A stretch of 62,354 nt of DNA, from contig JAUXAI010000003.1 of NCBI GenBank assembly GCA_030619985.1, positions 1 to 62,354 on the forward strand. Direction: 5' to 3'. The first letter of the stretch is position 1. The number at the start of each line of letters is the position of its first letter. Under the pieces are notes generated by a model that was not told where the DNA came from, did not search any database, and saw only the letters and a list, made by a program, of their open reading frames with translations. The position numbers and the translations under genes were made by a program. Shown here piece after piece: positions 58,081 through 62,354 of this stretch. This stretch comes from a bacterium. Lineage in GTDB: Bacteria > UBP18 > UBA7526.

Positions 58081-58109
58081 AGTATACCATTTTCTCTTTT
58101 ATTTAGCAA
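58081..58109 (-). promoter_or_regulatory. Putative rpsB promoter
   Basis: TTGCTA-17 bp-TATACT with extended -10 TG. Confidence 0.65.
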
Positions 58110-58115
58110 AAAAAT

Positions 58116-59003
58116 TTAGGCTCTGGGATGAGCCTTATCATATACCCTCTTTAATCTCTCAGTTGTGAGATGGGTATAGACCTGGGTAGTGGATAGAGAG
58201 GCATGGCCCAGTAATTCCTGAATACTTCGCAAATCCGCCCCAGCATCGAGTAGGTGGGTGGCGAAGGAGTGCCTCAGGGTATGGGGGCTTATCTTCTGGG
58301 AGAGGGAGGCTTTCTTGATATACTTATCTAAAAGCCTCCTGATACTCCTTGCCGATATTCGTGCACCGGATTTATTTAAAAAGAGTCCCCTCTCCCCTTC
58401 TCCTGGATGAAGGGTCTCTCTTCTCCTTAAATAATTATGGAGGGCTTGGGTAGCCTCTGTGCCAAAGGGGGCCAGGCGCTCCTTCCCTCCCTTACCCCAT
58501 ATCTTGGTCACCCCTCCCAAGAGATCGACATCATTCACATTCAGTCCCACCAGTTCACTCACCCTCATTCCCGTAGCATAGAGGAGCTCTAAGATGGCCC
58601 GGTCGCGCAGGCCCAGGATGCCCTTCTCGTCTGGAGACTCGAGAAGGGCAAATACCTCTGAAAGCGCCAGGAATTTGGGAAGTTTTTTGGCGATTTTGGG
58701 GGTCCTCGTTCCCAGGGCAGGGTTGATCTCCAGATACTCCTCCCTACAGAGAAATCTAAAAAAGGAGCGCAGGGTGGCTAATTTCCTGGCCATGGTGGCG
58801 TGGGAAAGCCCCCTCCTCTGTAAGGAAGCTAAGAAGCGCCTAATAGTCAAGTGATCGATATATCTCACTTTAAGAGGTATTTTTTCTTTCTTCAAAAAAT
58901 TCAAGAAGTCATTGAGGTCAGCAGAGTAACTCTTCAGGGTATGAGGAGAGACGTTCTTCTCTCCTTTTAGATAATTGCTAAACTTGGCAATATATTCTTC
59001 CAT
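58116..59003 (-). CDS. xerC: Tyrosine recombinase XerC
   Basis: RDRAILELLYATGMRVSEL, SPHTLRHSFATHLL, LLGHASLSTTQVY; next to topA. Confidence 0.9.
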   Translation of the reverse strand: MEEYIAKFSNYLKGEKNVSPHTLKSYSADLNDFLNFLKKEKIPLKVRYIDHLTIRRFLASLQRRGLSHATMARKLATLRSFFRFLCREEYLEINPALGTRTPKIAKKLPKFLALSEVFALLESPDEKGILGLRDRAILELLYATGMRVSELVGLNVNDVDLLGGVTKIWGKGGKERLAPFGTEATQALHNYLRRRETLHPGEGERGLFLNKSGARISARSIRRLLDKYIKKASLSQKISPHTLRHSFATHLLDAGADLRSIQELLGHASLSTTQVYTHLTTERLKRVYDKAHPRA

Positions 59004-59025
59004 TTGCTCCTCACTTCGTTCGGAT

Positions 59026-59090
59026 AGTAACCAGTAACCAGGTTACAGTGAATAGAAAAGACTGGTTACTGTTCGCTGGTTACTGTAAAC
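59026..59090. repeat. Inverted CAGTAAC/GTTACTG heptamer element between topA and xerC
   Basis: 59061-59090 is the exact reverse complement of 33316-33345. Confidence 0.88.
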
Positions 59091-59107
59091 CTCTATTTCA
59101 CCGATCG

Positions 59108-61171
59108 CTATTCACTATAGGAACATTCTTTATTGGCACACTTAAGATATCTTCCTTTACTCTTACTATATTTTTCAACTAAAAAAGAGCCGCATTCCGG
59201 GCAACCTTTACCTGCTGGTCTATCCCAGGAAAAGAAGTTGCACTCTGGATAGTTACTGCAGCCATAGAAGGTCCTTCTCTTCTTGGTCCTCCTCTGGACT
59301 ACCTCTCCATCACAGTCCTTCCTAGGACATCTTATTTCCAGAGTGAGTGGTCGGGAATTCTTGCATTTAGGGAAGTTGGAACAGGCTAAGAATTTTCCAA
59401 AACGGCCATATTTTATGACCATGGGCGAGCCACATTTCTCACAGATCTTATCTGTCTTCTCTTCAAGTTCTTTCTTTACATATCTCATCTCCCTCTGGGC
59501 TCGGGAGAGGTCAGAGGCGAAGGGGCCATAGAAGGAGTGCAAGAGGTCTATCCAGTTCTCCTTTCCTTCCTCTACTTTATCTAACCTATCTTCCATCTGG
59601 GAGGTGAACCGGACATTTAAGATATCGGGAAAGCTCTTGACCAGTAGTTCAATAACCGTCTCCCCTAAGGGAGTGGGATGGAAGTTTCCCTTATGGCTCT
59701 CAACATAGTCCCGGCTCTTGATGGTCTCCATGATTGAGGCATAGGTTGAGGGGCGACCGATCCCTTCCTCCTCCAGGACCTTGATGAGGCTGGCCTCTGA
59801 GTAGCGGGGAGGAGGCTGAGTGAAGTGCTGCCTGGGAAGAACCTCTGATAACTTTAAGGTCTCCTTCTCTTCCAGAGCGGGCAGGAGCTTTTCCTTAAAA
59901 ATCCTATCTTCTGGATAGAGAGAAAGGAATCCTTTGAATCTCACCCGGGAATTAGAACAGAATAGAGAAAACTTTCCTGCCCTGATGTTAAAGGTCCTCT
60001 TCTCCAGTAGGGCCTCTCTCATCTGAGAGGCGAGAAATCTATTCCAGATTAGACCATAGAGCCTCTGCTGTTCAATAGTTAGATGCTCTCTCAATCTTTC
60101 TGGAGTGCGATAGCAAGAAGTAGGACGAATGGCCTCGTGGGCCTCCTGGGCCCCTTTCCTACTCCTATAATACCTCGGCTTAGGAGGAAGGCACTCCTGA
60201 TTAAACTCCTTCCTGATATACCCTCTCGCCTCTTGGATAGCACTCTGAGCCACTCTAAAGGAGTCGGTTCTCATATAAGTAATGAGGCCTACCATCTCCC
60301 CGCCCCCGATATCTAAGCCTTCATAGAGCTGTTGGGCAATCCTCATGGTCCTCTTCGCTGAAAAATGAACCCTCCTTGCTGCCTCCTGTTGAAGGGTGGA
60401 AGTGATAAACGGGGGGAAGGGAAACCTCTTCTTCTCTCTCTTAGCGATCTTCTCCAGAATAAACTCTTCTTTCGCTAATTGAGAAGATATCTCTTGGGCC
60501 TGAATCTGATCAGTAATTTTTACCTTCTTATCCGCAATTTTCTCTAAGTCTACTTCAAAGATTTCTTTACTCTTTCCCTGAAGTTTTGTATGAATTGACC
60601 AGTACTCCTCTGGCTTGAAGGACTTGATCTCTTTCTCCCTCTCACAAATGAGTCTTAAGGTCACAGACTGCACCCTCCCGGCGCTAAGCCCCCCTCTCAC
60701 CTTCCTCCAGAGCAGGGGGCTTATCTTATAGCCCACGATCCTATCTAAGATCCTCCTCGCCTGCTGGGCGTTGACTAACCTCTGGTCCACCTCCCGAGGA
60801 TGGGCCAAAGCATCCCTAATGGCCTCTCTGGTAATCTCGTGAAAGACGATCCTCTTTACATCATTAGTAGTTTTTTTCAATTCACTATAGAGGTGCCAGG
60901 AGATGGCTTCTCCCTCCCTATCCGGGTCAGGGGCGAGGTAAATCCTCTGCATCTTATCCGCTAATTCTTTCAACTTCTCTAAGGCCTTTGCTTTCTTGGG
61001 AATGATATGGTAGCGAGGCTGAAAGTCCTTATAGACATCTACTCCCAGCCCCTTCCTGGGCAGGTCTTTAATATGTCCCATAGAGGATTTAACCAGGTAT
61101 TCCTCTCCCAGGAACTTATTTATAGTCTTTGCCTTGGCTGGTGATTCAACGATGACTAAGGTCTTGGCCAT
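59108..61171 (-). CDS. topA: DNA topoisomerase I
   Basis: LVIVESPAKAKTI, DPDREGE, SAGRVQS, ITYMRTD, C-terminal zinc ribbons; start at 61171 (TGATG overlap). Confidence 0.97.
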   Translation of the reverse strand: MAKTLVIVESPAKAKTINKFLGEEYLVKSSMGHIKDLPRKGLGVDVYKDFQPRYHIIPKKAKALEKLKELADKMQRIYLAPDPDREGEAISWHLYSELKKTTNDVKRIVFHEITREAIRDALAHPREVDQRLVNAQQARRILDRIVGYKISPLLWRKVRGGLSAGRVQSVTLRLICEREKEIKSFKPEEYWSIHTKLQGKSKEIFEVDLEKIADKKVKITDQIQAQEISSQLAKEEFILEKIAKREKKRFPFPPFITSTLQQEAARRVHFSAKRTMRIAQQLYEGLDIGGGEMVGLITYMRTDSFRVAQSAIQEARGYIRKEFNQECLPPKPRYYRSRKGAQEAHEAIRPTSCYRTPERLREHLTIEQQRLYGLIWNRFLASQMREALLEKRTFNIRAGKFSLFCSNSRVRFKGFLSLYPEDRIFKEKLLPALEEKETLKLSEVLPRQHFTQPPPRYSEASLIKVLEEEGIGRPSTYASIMETIKSRDYVESHKGNFHPTPLGETVIELLVKSFPDILNVRFTSQMEDRLDKVEEGKENWIDLLHSFYGPFASDLSRAQREMRYVKKELEEKTDKICEKCGSPMVIKYGRFGKFLACSNFPKCKNSRPLTLEIRCPRKDCDGEVVQRRTKKRRTFYGCSNYPECNFFSWDRPAGKGCPECGSFLVEKYSKSKGRYLKCANKECSYSE

Positions 61172-61599
61172 CAATCCAAGTCTCCTTCCCACTTATGATA
61201 GGAGTTCCCAAAGACCACCTGGCCAGCGATCCTCTTTATCTCCTCTGGGCCCACCTCCTCACCAGAAGTTAAGGCCTGCTCTATGATCTCTTCTTGCTGA
61301 GTGGGGGTGATGAGCCCTGATTCCTGCATCTTGATAAGGAGTCCGTAGGCCTGGGAGGATAACTTCAGCCTCTCCAAATGATGGAGAATCCTCTTGGAGG
61401 TAGTGGGTTTGAGCTTCTTCTTGGCCATCCCCTTGGTAATCAAAGAGAATAGCCAATCAAAGGCAGAGTTAATCTCCTCCAGACTGTATCCTTGATCCAT
61501 TAGACTCTCCACGATCTCAGTCTCGGTCTCCAAGAGGTCCTTTCCATCCAAGACCTCTTTAATGATGAAACTTATGATATCCATTATTCGACTGCGCAT
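61171..61599 (-). CDS. smg: DUF494 / Smg-like protein
   Basis: LMDQGYSLEEINSAFDWL...RILHHLER.KLS; dprA-smg-topA synteny. Confidence 0.8.
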   Translation of the reverse strand: MRSRIMDIISFIIKEVLDGKDLLETETEIVESLMDQGYSLEEINSAFDWLFSLITKGMAKKKLKPTTSKRILHHLERLKLSSQAYGLLIKMQESGLITPTQQEEIIEQALTSGEEVGPEEIKRIAGQVVFGNSYHKWEGDLD

Positions 61600-61602
61600 G
61601 AC

Positions 61603-62354
61603 TTATTCCTTTCTAATAAAATTTTTTCCGGCGAGTTCCTTAATCAGGCCCTTTATCTGAAGATTGGTCAAAACGACCATTGTCTTCCGGGCAGGTAACT
61701 TACTCTCCTGGATGAGGAGATCGATATACCTCGGCTCCTGAGTTATCAGATTATAAATAATCTCTTCCTCCTTTGACAAGACAGGGCTGGGGAATCCTTT
61801 AGTCCCGTTCTCTTTTTTCTTGCGAATCTCAATTAAAGGTCTCAGTTCCTCTAAGATATCGTCGATATTTTCTACTAACTTTGCCCCTTCCTTTATCAGG
61901 TTATGGGTTCCCTTGCTATAGGGAGAGGTGGTGGAGCCGGGAACAGCAAAGACTTCCCTTCCCTGCTCCAGGGCGAGACGGGCAGTAATGAGTGCTCCCG
62001 ACCTCTGGGCGGCCTCAACGATTATTACTCCTATGGAGAGGCCGCTTATTATCCTATTTCTCTTAGGGAAGTTTCCAGCAAAGGGCCTGGTGGCAAAAGG
62101 AAATTCAGTAATTACTGCTCCAGATGAGGCAATTCTCTCCTCAAGCGCCCTATTCTCTGGTGGATAGACAACATCTATTCCACATCCTAGGACAGCGATG
62201 GTTCTCCCTCCTACGGCCAAGGCGCCCTTGTGAGCCTCAGAGTCAATTCCCCGGGCCATACCGCTTATTATGGTTATTCTCTGGGCCGCCAGTTGAGCGG
62301 AGAGCCTCTGGGCGGTTAACCGGCCATAAGTCGTGGCTCTTCTGGAGCCCACAA
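61603..62354 (-). CDS. dprA: DNA-processing protein DprA (5' end beyond the window)
   Basis: SGMARGIDSEAH, FPKRNRIISGLS, EAAQRSGALITA. Confidence 0.96.
   Translation of the reverse strand, partial: VGSRRATTYGRLTAQRLSAQLAAQRITIISGMARGIDSEAHKGALAVGGRTIAVLGCGIDVVYPPENRALEERIASSGAVITEFPFATRPFAGNFPKRNRIISGLSIGVIIVEAAQRSGALITARLALEQGREVFAVPGSTTSPYSKGTHNLIKEGAKLVENIDDILEELRPLIEIRKKKENGTKGFPSPVLSKEEEIIYNLITQEPRYIDLLIQESKLPARKTMVVLTNLQIKGLIKELAGKNFIRKE

Noticed and set aside
58116-59003. Tyrosine recombinase as an island or phage integrase
   Set aside because: XerC-like size and motifs in the housekeeping dprA-smg-topA-xerC order; no att site, tRNA or phage genes.
2590-59090. Repeat tracts as CRISPR arrays
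   Set aside because: Units are 6-10 bp and degenerate, there are no constant repeats with unique spacers, and no cas genes are present.
142-62167. Numerous short plus-strand ORFs in the track
   Set aside because: Antisense shadows of well-supported minus-strand genes; only 16559-17299 has motifs, a promoter and its own space.

Overview
A ~62 kb bacterial chromosome segment (about 40-45% GC by eye), almost entirely on the minus strand, probably from an uncultured diderm lineage (inference). The left ~25 kb is an LPS/surface-glycan cluster: gmhA, gmhB, two GT9 heptosyltransferases, many GT4s, a GT2, an ArnT-like GT, wecB, an acetyltransferase, a DegT aminotransferase, several SAM methyltransferases, a deacetylase and an epimerase. 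The right ~37 kb is conserved housekeeping: dprA-smg-topA-xerC, rpsB-tsf-frr-ferredoxin-uppS-cdsA-dxr-rseP-ispG-proS, rimP-nusA-infB-ylxP-rbfA-nrnA-truB-ribF-rpsO-pnp, uppP, ftsK-rodZ, pgsA-pgpA-cinA-thpR-recA. I recognised no rRNA, tRNA, CRISPR array, transposase or reverse transcriptase. The main unexplained signal is non-coding: about 25 loci of degenerate 6-10 bp tandem repeats in several families, often arranged as one arm followed by its reverse complement. They fill intergenic gaps, supply stop codons and gene ends, and occur in frame inside proS, ispG and a DegT gene. They are also secondarily invaded by small MITE/REP-like hairpins. One inverted-repeat pair encloses a four-helix-bundle (23S rRNA IVS protein / Avd-like) gene, suggesting a repeat-flanked mobile or RNA-structured element family. 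That interpretation is a hypothesis; all coordinates and alignments were read by eye.
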